Assembly (NCBI GenBank): GCA_013239625.1 | Contig: MU054323.1 | Coordinates: forward strand, 3,584,161 to 3,648,160 | Direction of reading: 5' to 3' | Origin: Lama guanicoe | Taxonomy: Eukaryota | Length of the DNA: 64,000 nt | Shown here: positions 22,900-35,794 of the stretch, piece after piece | Layout: each line of letters starts with the position of its first letter | How positions within the stretch are numbered: the first letter of the stretch is position 1 | Program-made: the position numbers and the translations under genes | The notes under the pieces: generated by a model | What the model was told of the DNA's origin: nothing | Database searches by the model: none | The model's input: only the letters and a program-made list of their open reading frames with translations

Positions 22900-24185
22900 C
22901 TAAAGAAATAGACATACTGTTTTCATGGACTGAGAAAGCCAATATAGTGAGGATGTCATTTCTCCCCCAATTGATCTATAGAGTTAAATGCAATTTCTAC
23001 CAAATTTCCAGCAAAGTTTCTTGCAGACTTAGACAAGCTTATTCTAAAATTTAAATGGAGATAATCTTGAAAAAGAGGAATAAAGTGGGAGGAATCACTC
23101 TACTTGATATTAAGTCTTACTAAATAACTACCGTAATCAAGACAGTGTGCTATTGGTGAAGGGTAGACCAAAATCGATAGAGAACCCAGATATAGGCCCA
23201 TGAAGGATGGCTTTTTCAACAAATGGTGCAGGAGCAATTGGCTAGCTACTGGCAAAAGAATGAACCTCAGCTTAAAACTCAGACTTTATACAAAAATTAA
23301 CCCAAAATGGATTATGAGCTTAAATGTAATATGTAAAACTATAAGATTTTCAGAAAAAAAAAAACGGTAGATCTTTGTGATCTAGGAGTAGCAAAGAGTT
23401 CTTGGACTTGGCAATACAACACGAGCCATAAAAGGGAAAACTGATAAAGTGATCTCATCAAAATGGAAAACTTGCCCTGAGAAAGACCCTATTAAGAAGG
23501 TGAACAGACAAACTGCAAACTAGGAGAAAAAAACTGTAAACTATATGTCCAACAAGAGACTAATATTTATTTATTTATTTTTATTTTATTTTTTTAAATT
23601 ATTTTTTATTGAAGTGTAGTCAATTTACAATGTTAGTTTCAGGTGTACAACAGAGATTCAGTTATAAACATATTCATATGTATATACATATGTTTTAGAT
23701 TGTTTTTAGTACAACTCATTACAAGAAATTGAATATAGTTCCCTGTGCTATATAGTAGGTCCTTGTCATTTATTTTATATTTATTAATGTGTATCTTTTA
23801 ATCCCCCCTTTCCTGCCTGCTAAACACAGTTTGCTTTCTATGTCCATGAATCTATTTCTGGCAGCACCATTTTTCCTAGTAATATATGCTGGTTGGCTGC
23901 TTTCAGTTTCAGTAATTCCATCTTATCTGTGGGCGCTTTTCTTCTGGTGAAAGACTAATATTTAGACTGTATAAGGAGCTCTTAAAATTCAACAGCCAAA
24001 AAAATGCACAAAATATCCAACTATAAAATGGGTTAAAGACATGAAGATTCATTTCAGAAAACAGGATATAGAGGTGAAAAGTAAATACATGAAAAGATGT
24101 TTATCATCATTGGAAAATACAAATTAAAACACAACGAGATACCATTACATGCCTATCAGAATGGTTAAAATGACATTGGTGACAT
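22900..24185 (+). mobile_element. Decayed L1M ORF2 3' portion, split by a younger insertion
   Basis: From 22908 reads IDILFSWTEKANIVRMSFLPQLIYR, similar to L1 ORF2 (IPCSWIGRINIVKMAILPKAIYR); also ttttcaacaaatggtgc and tatacaaaaattaacccaaaatggat; many stops and frameshifts. Confidence 0.88.
23570..23951 (-). mobile_element. Young 5'-truncated L1-derived retro-insertion, Cetartiodactyla-type 3' end
   Basis: Perfect 13-bp TSD AGACTAATATTTA at 23557-23569 and 23952-23964; T-rich tail on +; ttgaatatagttccctgtgctatatagtaggtccttg and ttattgaagtgtagtcaatttacaatgtt are typical of artiodactyl L1 3' UTRs. Confidence 0.88.
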
Positions 24186-24510
24186 CATGGTCACATGGCT
24201 AGAAAGGGGTCTCCTGGTGTCCAGCCAGAGCTGTTCTGAAGTCAAGACTGGAAACATTCAGTCCAGAGAGTGGACTCTGTCTGGAAGAGCCCACCCCTGC
24301 CGCCTTGGCCACCCACAGCGTGGAGCCAGCCAGGGTCAGGCTGCCCTCAATCCAGCCAGAGGCCAGGCTCCCTGCTCTGCCTCTCTGGACAACTCAGGAC
24401 AAGCTGTTTCTAAAGTCAATTTATTTTGAATTCCCAGCCTGGTAACTTAGTCTGGGATTTCATGAGAGTGAACACTTTCATTTCTTTCATCTCCATTTCT
24501 TTTCATGCTA

Positions 24511-25329
24511 CAGTAGTCTCCCCTTTTATCTGTGGGGACGCGTTCCAGGACCCCCAGTCTGAAACCTCAGAGAGTACCAAACCCTATATATACTATGTTT
24601 TCCCTATATTACACATACCTATGGTAAAATTTAATGTTTAATTAGGCATAGTAAAAGATTAACAACAATAATGAATAACAAAATAGAACAATTATAACAT
24701 TATACTATAATGAGAGTTATGTGAATGTGGTCTCTTTCAAAATATCTTATTGCACAAATGTAATGCCTTTTCCATCTTAACTAAGAACTTATCACACACT
24801 GTGGCGGTAACTTTTGTAGTTTGAGGCATGACAGCAGAAGTAGCATGAATTTCTTTTTCTTTCCTCACAATTTCATAGGTAGAAGATTCGTTCTTACCAT
24901 AGGTGTTAGCAACCTCAGCAAATAATTTTTTTTCTTTCTTTCTTTATCGAGAACTTGTCCCTTTTCACTTAAAGGTAGCACTTTATGGCTTCTCTGTGGA
25001 CTATACACATTGCCAGCACTACTACTCTTTGCAGCCGTTATTGAGAGAAATAAGGTTACTTGAACACCAGTTCTAGGATGCCTCGACAGCTGATCTGATA
25101 ACCCGCAGGGTTGCTAAGTGACTAACGGGCAGAAGAAGCCAGACAAAGGATGATTCACATTCCGGGTGAGACAGACTGGGACTGCGAGAGATTTCATCAC
25201 TCTGCTCAGAATTTAAAACTTAATAATTGTTTATATTTGGAATTTTCCATTTAATATTTTTGGACCACGGTTGACTGGATAACTGAAACTGTGGAAAGTG
25301 AAACAATGGATAAGGGCCCGTGACTACTG
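24511..25329 (-). mobile_element. MER44-family (Tigger7-derived) non-autonomous DNA transposon
   Basis: TIRs CAGTAGTC (24511) and GACTACTG (25329); TA on the left flank; ggaattttccatttaatatttttggaccacggttgact is the reverse complement of the MER44 5' end. Confidence 0.88.
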
Positions 25330-25414
25330 TTTTTATGAAAGAAGTCATACAATTTTAAATAGTTAGATAAAAGTTCTAAAATAACCTGTTAAACTATTTT
25401 CAATTCAACACAAT

Positions 25415-25630
25415 AATAGCAGTTCCTTATCATACGCTACCTGTGTGCCAACCCTGTGCTAAGCACTTTGGATATATTACATACAACTACTTTGTGAGGA
25501 GGTATTCTCTTTTTATAAACTGGGAAACAGGTTAAGAGAGGTTGAGTAACTTGCCTGAGGTCACACAGCTAGTAAGTGGCAGAATGAAGAAATGAACCTA
25601 ACTATATCTCATTCCAAAGCTTCAACCCCG
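25415..25630 (-). mobile_element. MIR SINE
   Basis: ctacctgtgtgccaaccctgtgctaagcacttt...agagaggttgagtaacttgcctgaggtcacacagctagtaagtggcaga. Confidence 0.88.
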
Positions 25631-26689
25631 TGCTGCCTCCGAACAAAGCAGGATAAATGCCAATGTCACTTATTAACTCAGAATGCACATAAAGCTGAAG
25701 TAAGCACTCCACGCCCCCACACCCATGTCAGTGGTAAACATGTTATTCCATTGGTCAGAACTTAGTTGCATGGACCCTACCTATTTGCACAAGAGGTTAG
25801 GAAATGTGGTCCCGCTGTGTACCCAGGACACAGGAATTGGTTAAAACATCTCAGCCAAATTCACCTCCAGGAATAGTTTTCTCTTCATCTGAACTCGCAT
25901 ACAAAGTCAACGTCAGGATGGTCTGATAGGGTGCAAATCAGCCAATCTTTGTACAATGCTGTGAACAGACAAGCCACTCCTTGTTCCTGGTAGAGCCAGG
26001 GCAAGGCACCACGTTCCCCGCAGAAATTTAGACAATGGATTTTCAGTCCCTTTTGTCCTGCATCCTTTCTTGTCCTTCTGCAGAGAAGCTGTGCTGGCCA
26101 GGCTGGGCTGGAGGCTGGACGGGGCTGAAAGAAGCTCGGGTGCTGTGCTCACACAGGCTAACAGGAACCACGCCCTCTCATCACCCCATCTGCCTCTGAG
26201 CTCCTTGCTCAGACTTGGCCAGGCAACATGTGTGTGTAGCCTGGACCAGCTGGGCCAATCGCACCCACTGTGCTCACCCTGCCAGCCCAGAGCACAGACA
26301 AGTACTGCCTGAGCGAAGGCCTCCCGTGGTCCAAGCAGAGAGTCCACAAGTTCTGTGCTGCTGCCTTCCCTGCCTTGGCCTTTCAGGCTGGCCAAGTCAG
26401 CCTATTTTGTAGACAACTCAACTCTCAGAGACATCAGGAATTTGCACTAATTCAGTTAAGCAATTAGCCTATCAAGCGGCAGGAAGTGCTTGGACTCTAC
26501 GCTGTTGAAGGGAGCAGGGCTACAACAGAGCGTCTGTTGTTTGGTCTTTAAAAGGCAGTTAGGAGCTCGCCCACGATCGTGCCGGTCTCCCTGCAAGGCT
26601 GTACACCAGAAACAATGACCTGTCTTTGAAGATTATCTGGTTCATATGTTTTATTGGATGTGCTGTGAGCCAAGAAACCAAGCTTGAGG

Positions 26690-26825
26690 GCTGGCTCAGC
26701 CGTGGACTTTCTGTGACTCTGGACAAATCCTATGTGAGCCCTGGGCCTCAGTTTCCTCACCTATGAAATGGGAATGAGTAATGTCTGGTCTCCCCACCTT
26801 GCAAGGTTGTTATGCAGATAATTCG
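26690..26825 (+). mobile_element. MIR SINE fragment
   Basis: ctgggcctcagtttcctcacctatgaaatggg. Confidence 0.75.
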
Positions 26826-26899
26826 GGTGCGGGGGAGATTATAAAAGGCAGTAAACATACAAAGATGGAAGTCTCAGGGTCACGATCGTCCTTGTGGCA

Positions 26900-27180
26900 C
26901 ACTGTTGGGTGAATGACCCAACAACCGTCCTCATCCTTTCTTCCTTGCCACAGTCAGCTCTCAAGGCTAACAAGGCAGCACTTCATTTTCTTAGCCTCTG
27001 GGGAGTGCAGATAGGGTGGTCACGTGATAGATTCTGGCCAATGAACATAAGGCGCGTGTGCGGGCGGCTCCTAGGAGGACTTGAGCTCTCTTGATTGCAA
27101 ACAACAACAGCAGACGGGGCTGACCCGACCCTCCTTCCTTCCTGCTTCTTTCCGCCTTGAATTCTGAAGTGATGCCAGAA
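26900..27180 (+). mobile_element. Old MLT1 LTR fragment
   Basis: tgcagatagggtggtcacgtgatagattctggccaatga resembles MLT1J/K. Confidence 0.55.
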
Positions 27181-27189
27181 GACCATGAA

Positions 27190-27323
27190 GGGACTTAGGG
27201 CCTATCCCAATCAAGTCCGGCCACACTTTAATTACCTCTGCCAAGACCTTACTCCAAATAAAGTCGCATTTGGAGGCTCCCGGTAGACTTGAATTTTGGG
27301 AGGATGCTATTTAACCCACTGCA
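27190..27323 (-). mobile_element. MLT1 LTR 5' end fragment
   Basis: taattacctctgccaagaccttactccaaataaagtcgcatt...tatttaacccactgca is the reverse complement of an MLT1 start. Confidence 0.7.
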
Positions 27324-30268
27324 ATCCCTCATCCCCCAAATGTAACCCATCAGCAAGTTCTATTCACTTCACCTCCTAAATGCGTTCCAGACCTGGCCAC
27401 TTACCACCACAGGGATTCAACCACCTGCTCCAAGGCCCCATCAGCCCTTACTTGCCTCTACACCAGGCTCCCAATGGGCCTTGCTGCTCGTACAACTCTC
27501 TTAGGCTGGGAAGGCAGATGGGGGTCCTCAGCCCTGCCTCAGTGCAAGGTGCATGCTTCTTTATGGCTCACAGTTCTAGAATGTGTGATGCCCTCCGTCC
27601 CCCACGCAGCCCCAGGCCATGTGACTCCCATGGCCCTGTCATGAGTGTCAACAGCAGCCTTGAGAGCACTGCAGCTGGAATCCCACTGGGCTGGACCCCC
27701 ACCCCCTGCCCAGCTCTCTCCGAAAGGACAGGTGGGCAGGTGTCCCCTAGATGCGTGCACACCTGGCTGCCTTGTCGGGGTGGACTTGATCTGGGTTGTG
27801 CGGGGGAGGTAGTGTGGGAAGGTGTCTCCAGGTCTCCTCTGCCTGGAGTCTCAACAAGAGAGATAAGTAGCCACACGCCCTCCGGGGGTCCCTAATGGAG
27901 GCCACCCTCTTCTCGAAACTGACCAGGTTCCTGGGCTCCATGGGATTTCTTCTGTGCCCTGCCGGTGGCAAAGGTCCTGGAAACCTGCTGTTGGGGCAAG
28001 GCTTTGAAGAAACCAAGAGTCCTAACCAGTCACAGGTGATTCAGAGGTGAGGACCAGCTGGCAAGCGTGAGGAGAGTCTTTGCAACCAGGCTCATGGGTC
28101 GATTCAGGCCAGCAAGTGGTGATTAAAGCACCTGCTGTCTGCCTGGCACTGTGGGTTTGCGGCTTGGTGGGGGCAGGGCAGGGAAGTGCCAACGTGTCCC
28201 TGCAGAGGAATGAGGAGGCGTCTGTGGTGGGGTGGGTGGATCCGAACCTGATGCAGGCAAAATCTCAGACAGCAAGAGTGCACCCACTCTCAACCCACAA
28301 CAGGCCCCTGCAGCCCCCAGATCACAGGAACCTGACAATGTGTTGGATGGGGAACAGGCCCCGCTCTGTTGCTAAGGATGTTCCTGCCTGGAGGCAGAGG
28401 ACTGTCAGGGATGACTCCTCAGGATGACCTGAGGAGTCTGTGATTCTACAAGTAGACTGGGTCTCTTTTTTCTCCATCTTCCCCCTGTCCTCCTCGGACA
28501 AGGGGCTCGTGGAGGTATCTGGAGCTTATTCTTAGAAAGAAATAATATTAAGCAGTTTCTATTTTAGACAGAAATACTTTCATAAGGGATCTTTCAAAAT
28601 TTTCAGTTTGATGACTATTTAAGGAAACAGCAAACAGCCCCCACAAACACAGCCTAGAGCAGGAGGCCTCTTCCAGTAAGAGAAAATGCCAAGCAGAGGG
28701 CTCTGGAGGGTTCACCCAGCTTCCTGGAGCACCCTGGCTAGTGGGTCTCAGGATGGACCCCAGCACCCTGGAGAGGTGAGGTGGGGGTGGATTAGTGGAC
28801 GGCCTACAGCCTAGCCAGTGGCTTATGAGGTAATTTACTCCAATGTCTCAACGATTTTTTTTTTTTAATGAACCGGCTCAAAACATCTGCAATCTGTATG
28901 CCATCCCGTCAAAGGTCTAATACACTTTGGATTATACTTGGAATTGAGCATGTTTGGATTACCTTGAATTTGGAAAATTGAACATCCTTAGGACCACTAT
29001 TTCCCTCATTACCTTTGGTAATTCTGTAGAATGAGAGATATCTAACTCCAAGAGGGGCCCTCCTTTCTACCCCTCCATCCACCGAGTATCTCCTACATTA
29101 CTGAAGAGCTAAAGTTTGAGCTGTAGTTGAAGATGAAAAGAAGCTTTCCAGAAAGACAAGGAGGAGGATGTTCTGTGCAAAGGTGCCTTGGAGTCACCAA
29201 GCATGGTCTACCCAGGATCCAGCAGTTAATTCTGCACGAACGGCGCACAGGGAGCCTGTGGAGTGGCAGGGGCTTGCGGCAGTGCTCAGGGTCAGACCGT
29301 GCAGGGTCTTGAAAGCTACACCAAGTTCAAACGTAATCCTGGTGTGTACAAGGGTTCTTGAAATGACTTAAGAAGGAAATGAGCTTCTGAGATCAACATT
29401 TTATGAGAATTTTTAATCCTCCATCTGGGAGCACATATACAATGGTCCGCTTTCTCCAAGGACTTAAAATGCTTCTTGGATCGAAGCTAGACTGTGACTG
29501 TCCCGATGGCAAGGATATCTTACCAGTCCCCCACGGGGGGAAAGCCTCTGTCTGACTCTGTCACTGGCAGAACCTAGCATGACGGGTGGTTCGTTTAAGC
29601 AGATGTCACAGAGACGGGGCCCTGCTGAACCCCTTTGCTGACTGCTATAGCTAAGTATGCTGTCTTGGTAAAAGGGTCCTCAGGATGATCTCGGATGTAA
29701 GCAGGCCTGGGGGAGAAAGAGCTGTCCTACTTCTTGGGCCATTAAGTTGGGCTGGGTTTGGACTTGGCCAGGAGAGAAAGTGAAGAGGGGGAGAAAGGAA
29801 GGAGACAAGTGGCTCCGGATTGGGGTGGGCACAGAGCCAGCGCTGCCTTTCCTCCCCCAGACCCACCTCGTGTGCTCCGAGACTCTGGGAGCCCTCCGCG
29901 GAGGGGCTGCGGAGCCCCAGAAGAAAGCCCTTTCATTGCCAGAGCTACAGACCCACATTAGCCTTTAGCCCACATGCCTGCCACCATCTGGCAGGCCAGA
30001 GGCTGGGGCTGGTGCCAGTTCCTGGGCCAGGGGCTCAGCTGCAGACAGGGCATCTGGTGAAAGTTTGCTGATCGCCTGCCTGGGAACAGGCTTCCTCTCC
30101 CTCAGCCTGAGCCCTGGGGCTCTGAGACCCCCTTGGACCACAGGTCACAGCTCTGGACTCTCCTCATGCTTGATGAGCTTTGTACTGTGAGTCACCACTT
30201 GGCCAAGAGCCACTTCTGCCCTTCCCCTAGTCCCACGTTCCTGCCATGAGGGCCACTCACTTCCCTGT

Positions 30269-30270
30269 TT

Positions 30271-30356
<86 letters not shown>
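30269..30356. repeat. (TTTC)22 tetranucleotide microsatellite
   Basis: Perfect 88-bp run read directly. Confidence 0.97.
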
Positions 30357-30357
<1 letters not shown>

Positions 30358-31304
30358 CTCTTCTGCCAGAACCTTTTCATGTTTCATTAGGAGGGAGACA
30401 CACTATCCTTTCCACTCCTTGCCCCTTCCACTAATTTCCTTTTGGATGATCCATTTGTTCCTCCCTGAGGACCTGGCCAGGACCCTGCCAAGCCCTGGCT
30501 CTGCCTCCACCCCTCAGGTGCTATCCTGAGGGGACCAGGACTTGACATCCTCCCCAGGGATCAGCAACGCTAGGCTCCACCTATTTAGTTCCATCCCACC
30601 CAAGACAGAAGCTCAGGCCCATGTCTTTCTCCCCGGAGTCCCGAACCAAGCCCAGTGTCGGTGTAAGTAGCAACTGCACTGATAAGAAGGCCCTCCTGAG
30701 AAAGCTGGCAGGTGCCTTTCAAGACAGACAGCATGGGAAATCTGAGCGGCAGCGGCTTGAAGATCAAAGTCTTGTCTTTTTTGAGGGGAGGGAAGATCAG
30801 ATTTCAAAGAGCTCTTAGAGGGAGGACTTAACCCTGCCTTGATTTTCCTGGCAGCGTTCTTTTCATTCTGGGCCAGTGATGTCCTAACCTCCATGCAGAG
30901 GCTGCTTCCCCAGATGCAGACAACACCAAGAGGGAGTTAAATCCTGGATGGGATACTCTCCCCACCCCACAGGGAAGAGGCAAGTCTTGACAGACAGCAC
31001 ATGGACAGAGCCCACCCCATCACTGCATGGCGAACGGCCAGCAACCCCAGTGAGACTGTGACCAACTGCTTCTTACACAAGAGGAGGCCAAGTCTGATTT
31101 CCCCTGTTGCCACTGGAATAATTCTGATCCTAATCTCACCTCCTCGGGGCCAATAGTTGGTTTTTCACTCCACTTTGAGATGCTGTTCACCTTCCTGCCA
31201 AAGAGCCCACAGTCTCTGGCATGGACCTGATGAGCCTGAGATGTCCCCGAGGAACCAGCCAACAGAGCAAGGTCACAACTTCAGTACAGGTAATAGGAGG
31301 ACAA

Positions 31305-31428
31305 GGTATATGGCAAGAGTGTGGCTTCTGGTGTAAGAGAGAGATCTGAGCTCAGTTCTGGCTCTGCCACCTAAGTGCTGTGAGCCCTTGGGCAACTCCC
31401 TTCACTTCTCTGAGTCAATTCTTCATCG
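31305..31428 (+). mobile_element. MIR SINE 5' part
   Basis: ggctctgccacctaagtgctgtgagcccttgggcaactcccttcacttctctgagtc. Confidence 0.7.
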
Positions 31429-31449
31429 TCTTCTTCGTCATCATCAATG

Positions 31450-31635
31450 CCATTTACTGTGTACTCTATGCCAAGCAATGATCTCATGTAAGTCTCATAA
31501 CAACCCTATGAATAGATACTTTTCCTATTTTAATAATAAAGGAATAAGGTTCAGGGAGATTACTAAACTTGTCCAAGCCCAACTCAGCGAGTAAGTAATT
31601 AAGACAGGGTTTCATCCTGGCTCTGTCTGAGTCCA
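31450..31635 (-). mobile_element. MIR SINE
   Basis: ctcataacaaccctatga...taaacttgtccaag...ctctgtctgagtccaaag. Confidence 0.72.
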
Positions 31636-31643
31636 AAGATCGT

Positions 31644-32088
31644 GTGTCACAAGTTGAAAGGTGACCCCCAAGAAGACATGCCCCATCCTAAGCCCCAGAA
31701 GCTGTGACTGCGACCTTATTTAGAAAAAGGGTCTTTGCAGTTGTAATGCAGTTATGGATCTTGAGATGAGATCATCATGAATTATCACCAGGTGAGCCCT
31801 AAAATCAGACAAGTGTCCCTGAGTAGCAGGAGAGAAGTCAGAGAGAAGAGGAGGAGGATGGACGGCAGTTTGGAGTCATGCAGCTGCAAGCCAAGAAATG
31901 TGTGGAGCCACTGGAAGCTGGTAGAGCCAAGGAAGGATTCTCCTCTGTAGCCTTGGAGGAAGTGTGGCCTCCCAACTCCTTGATTTTGCACTTCTGGTCC
32001 CCAGAACTATGAGAGAAAACATTTCTGTTGTTTTAAGCCACTCAGTCTGTGGTCATTGTTTGCAGCAGCCCTGGGACACACACACCAT
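31644..32088 (+). mobile_element. MLT1C/D-like MaLR solo LTR
   Basis: gaccttatttagaaaaagggtctttgcag, ggatcttgagatgagatcatc, aaggaaggattctcctct and atttctgttgttttaagccactcagtctgtggt. Confidence 0.88.
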
Positions 32089-33121
32089 GTGATGTAGGGA
32101 ACTGCACTTTATTGCTAGAAGATGGGCAAAGAAAATCTACTTGCTGGAGCAAACAGCAGTGGAGAATTTCATAAGGGCTCTTAGGTCCTCCCAGGCTAGC
32201 TGGGCCCATCTGACAGCAGCCCTGGTTAGCACGTCCACGTGGCCTTGAGCTGTCTCCCTTGGGAAGCCACGCTCTGCAGGACAGAGCGATTCCCACTAAC
32301 TGAAGGGGCTCAGCCTGGGCCAGGCACTCTCTCCTCCCAGCAGCTACCCTGCCTTTGTGCTGCCGGTGGCTCAGGCTGCTTCTGGCTGGAGCCCCTCCCT
32401 GACAGCGGAGGTGCCGAGGAGAAAGTGTTGGCAAGTCATGGGGTGGTGGCGGGGAACAGCATAAGCCAGGACCACAGCTCCAAGGCTATTGAAGAATCTG
32501 ACTGAGTCACTCCTTTGCTCAGAAACATTTTATGGCACCTCCTCCAGAATCAAGCCTGGAATTGGAAGACTGTGATCTTACCCCAAGCTGCTGCCAGTTT
32601 CCTGGACTCTGGGGATCCTGAATGCTGATCCAGCTCTCTGAGGGCTGGCTCTGTGGCTGAGATGACGTCCTGCATATCTGCGTCCCCATCATTCAAGTGA
32701 CCTGAGAATACCATCTCAGTCTGTGCAGCCAGAATGAACAGACCCAGCACACCCCTCCGGGGCTCCTCCTCTGCTCCTGTCCCAGCCTGCATCTCCTTGA
32801 GCTGGCTCCGCCATGCAGGACAGGCCGTGGACAACCTGCCCTCTTCCCTCCTGGCCCAGAAGCTCCTCAATGGCAGTGTCTGATTCCCTCCAGTTATTTT
32901 CCGGGCTTGGTACATAGTAGCTGTTCAATCAGTGTTTGTTGATATGAGTCTCGTTGAACCGATTTAAAAGCATTCCTCCCCAGACTGAGAATGATTCCTC
33001 TCCTTCTTGAGGGTTTACGTTGCTCCTGTGTTGGTAGCTTCTCAGCTCCCAACTTATTCTTGCCCTCTGACGTGATCTAGCCTCTGCTCACCAAATCCTG
33101 CTTTCCCCTGGGCACTTTAGA

Positions 33122-33243
33122 CTGGCTGCCCTGTACAGCTGGACAGGCTGCATACTGCACAATTCCAGGTGACACCATTCACCAAGACCACGATGTGAGT
33201 GGCACCTCCCCTGCCCCCAGAGGTGTGCAAAGTGGTGGCCCTG
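33122..33243 (+). mobile_element. MER91-like hAT-Tip100 MITE
   Basis: ctgcacaattccaggtgacaccattcac...gatgtgagtggcacc...ggccctg, the degenerate palindrome of MER91A. Confidence 0.65.
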
Positions 33244-35794
33244 CCCTTGGGTGCCTTTTGTCTCCAGATGCAGGGTCCAGCTCAGGGAATTCAGACTCTG
33301 CTTTCCTTTCTCGGTATTTTATCTTGCCAAGCACCTCGAGACACGGCCAGGGTTTCCTTCTAGGGCTGCAGAATCTCCTTATAGATGCAGCCAGCCCCCC
33401 AGAGCAGTGTCCTCAAGGGGACACCTCGTTCTCTGTTCCCCTCTCTAGTCACGGAACTAGATGGGTCCCAAATCAGGTTGCCCCCACCGCTGTCCACGTG
33501 CCGTGCCTTCTGCCTTAGTAAGAAGACATACAATGTATGGTCCTGACTGGGGCAATTTTAGATGGAAAAGGAGCCCTGAGATATTATTATACCAGGACAA
33601 CCGGTGTAAAGGGTGACTGCCCCTGGCAAGCCGCTATTCCAGTCCAGGCCTGCCTCACACCACAACCAGTGACATTTCTGCTGTGCAGCTGAGAGGGAAT
33701 ACAATCCAGGAATGGTCATTTCTGCAGACAGAAGGGAAATCCAGGGCCGAAGCAGGGCAAGCTCTCCAGGGAGGGGTCCCTTTGGGCCCTGTGATGGGAC
33801 CACTGCTTTTGCTTTCTGTGTCCCCCACCCTGCTCCCATCCCAGGCTAAATTCTGTGAGCTGGGCTGGTTAGGGCAGGAGAGTTCGTGCAAAGGCCTTCA
33901 GCTGGAGAGAGGGGCTTGGGTCATTTAAGTGGAGCCAGCCACCTCCCTGACCTGGGCCTCGAGTCACCCCTTTTGCAAAATCCCTGCCCTACCTGCCACA
34001 TGGGAGCCTTGAGAAGCTTCTGGGAGATGATGTCAGTGAGGGGTTTCATGCCCTACTGGGCACAGTTTCTGCTCCTGCTTGGTGTCTGGGCTGTGTCTCC
34101 TCGAGTGTCTGCTGCAGGGACAAATGGATGCAGGGGCACTTCTAGGCTTTCTACCAACATGCTCAACAAATGTTTTCTGTTGGGGACCTATCTCTGAGCA
34201 TATCTCTCTAGGGAGTGAAAAAAAAGTCGGGGAGCGGCTATGACATTCCTTTCCCTAAGCATCCTGGGTGCAATGGAATAATACAGGAGCTGGGATCTAT
34301 CCAACAGCAAGAATGCAAGTAACTGAGAAAGTTCAGTGAGTGAGGAGGAAACCAGCATGGAGGTGGCTGTGGACCAGCAGTCCGGAAGGGAAGGAGGTAA
34401 AGAGACTCGCTATGCATTTCCAGGGAGGAGTCTCACGGTGGTTGTGGCCCTGGCAATGGCAGTGGTGGCCGCAGTGAAGTGGTCCGAGCTTCCACTCCTC
34501 CCGGGAGACACGCTAGCACCCCCGGCTACCTGGACCCCACATTCTCAGTGGACGTGATGTGGAGTCAGCAAAAGCAGGCAGTGCAGTAGCTCTTTTAGAA
34601 GGATCCTGCCTCGTCCAGGGCTGGCACAGGGGCCGGTGTGGGGGCAGCACAGGCTCCCAGAGGGACCAGGGCTGGAGGAGGGCTGAGGTCAGCAACACAT
34701 GTTCAGTTTCTGATAATTTTAGCCACAAAGGGAGGAGGCCAGTGCTTCTTTATTTGAGGCAATTGTCTCCAGTCTAAACAAGCCCCTAGGGAGGCTCATG
34801 GCTGGAACAGGAAGGCTAGCAGAGGCGAGAGGGGGTTGACAGTGGGCGGCTGGCTGATCCTCCCCAGGAAGGAGCAGCCCAAGATCTGAGCCGTGGCAGG
34901 AGGACAGTTGCATCCCCAGGAGGCCCAGGAGGTCACTTTCAGATCTGGAAGGGGCAAGGGGTAGATCACGGGAACGGAAACAGGGGAAACGTGGCCAGAG
35001 GGAGCAGAGGGGTCCAGCTGGAATCGACTGTTAGTCCATCCACTTGGGGAATTTCCACAGGACAAAACAAATGTTCTCTGCACAGAATATGAGAGTCAGG
35101 AGGCCTTAGAACTCGGAAAGCATTCTATTTCCCTGCAGCTCTGCAGCCTCTCTGTGTTACTTCGGATGGGTCTGAGGTGCCAGCTCCCGGCCACCTCCTT
35201 CCTTAGTGGAGGGTGAGCGCTGGGGCTGAGGACACGGTCGGAGCGAGGGCTCTTAGCAGATGTACCCACCAGGCACTGTTCATGCAGGCACTGCCTGCCA
35301 GTGCTCTGATCACTTAGACTTTGGCTGTCATCAGTAATCCTGCTTCATCATTTACATCTCAGTCCAAATGCACCTGGGCCAGGCAACCACAGGCCCATGG
35401 AAGCTAACAAGCATCACCTCTCTTCTCAGAGGAAGTGGTGGTGGAAGCTGGAGGCAGGAAGCCTCCTCAGGGCATATCAGGGCACTGCATCACCAAGCAG
35501 ATCCGAATCCAAATACTCTGCCAGGGACATGGGCCAGGAGAAGGCCCCTGGGAACCCAGCGAGAGGACACAGCGAGTGGCAGACCTGGAGTCTGGGTCCA
35601 GATATGCCTTCTCCAGAGCCTCTTTCCCTGGGGGAAGAACTGTGGGAGATTCTTAGAGGCTGACCTTGTCACTGAGGACTCCATTGTCCCTCAAGCCCAC
35701 AGCCAGGACAGTCATGTTATTTGCTTAAAGAAAGCAGAGGAGTTTTACAAGGATTCCATTTCATGATAAGGCAGGACGATGCAATCGATAATAC

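Noticed and set aside
22900..24185. Functional reverse transcriptase gene
   Set aside because: Only short L1 ORF2 remnants with stops, frameshifts and an insertion.
30145..30434. KERK/FLSF repeat ORFs
   Set aside because: Translations of the (TTTC)n STR.
31305..31635. Inverted MIR pair as a dsRNA or miRNA hairpin
   Set aside because: Copies are too diverged for a long stem visible by eye, and such pairs are common.
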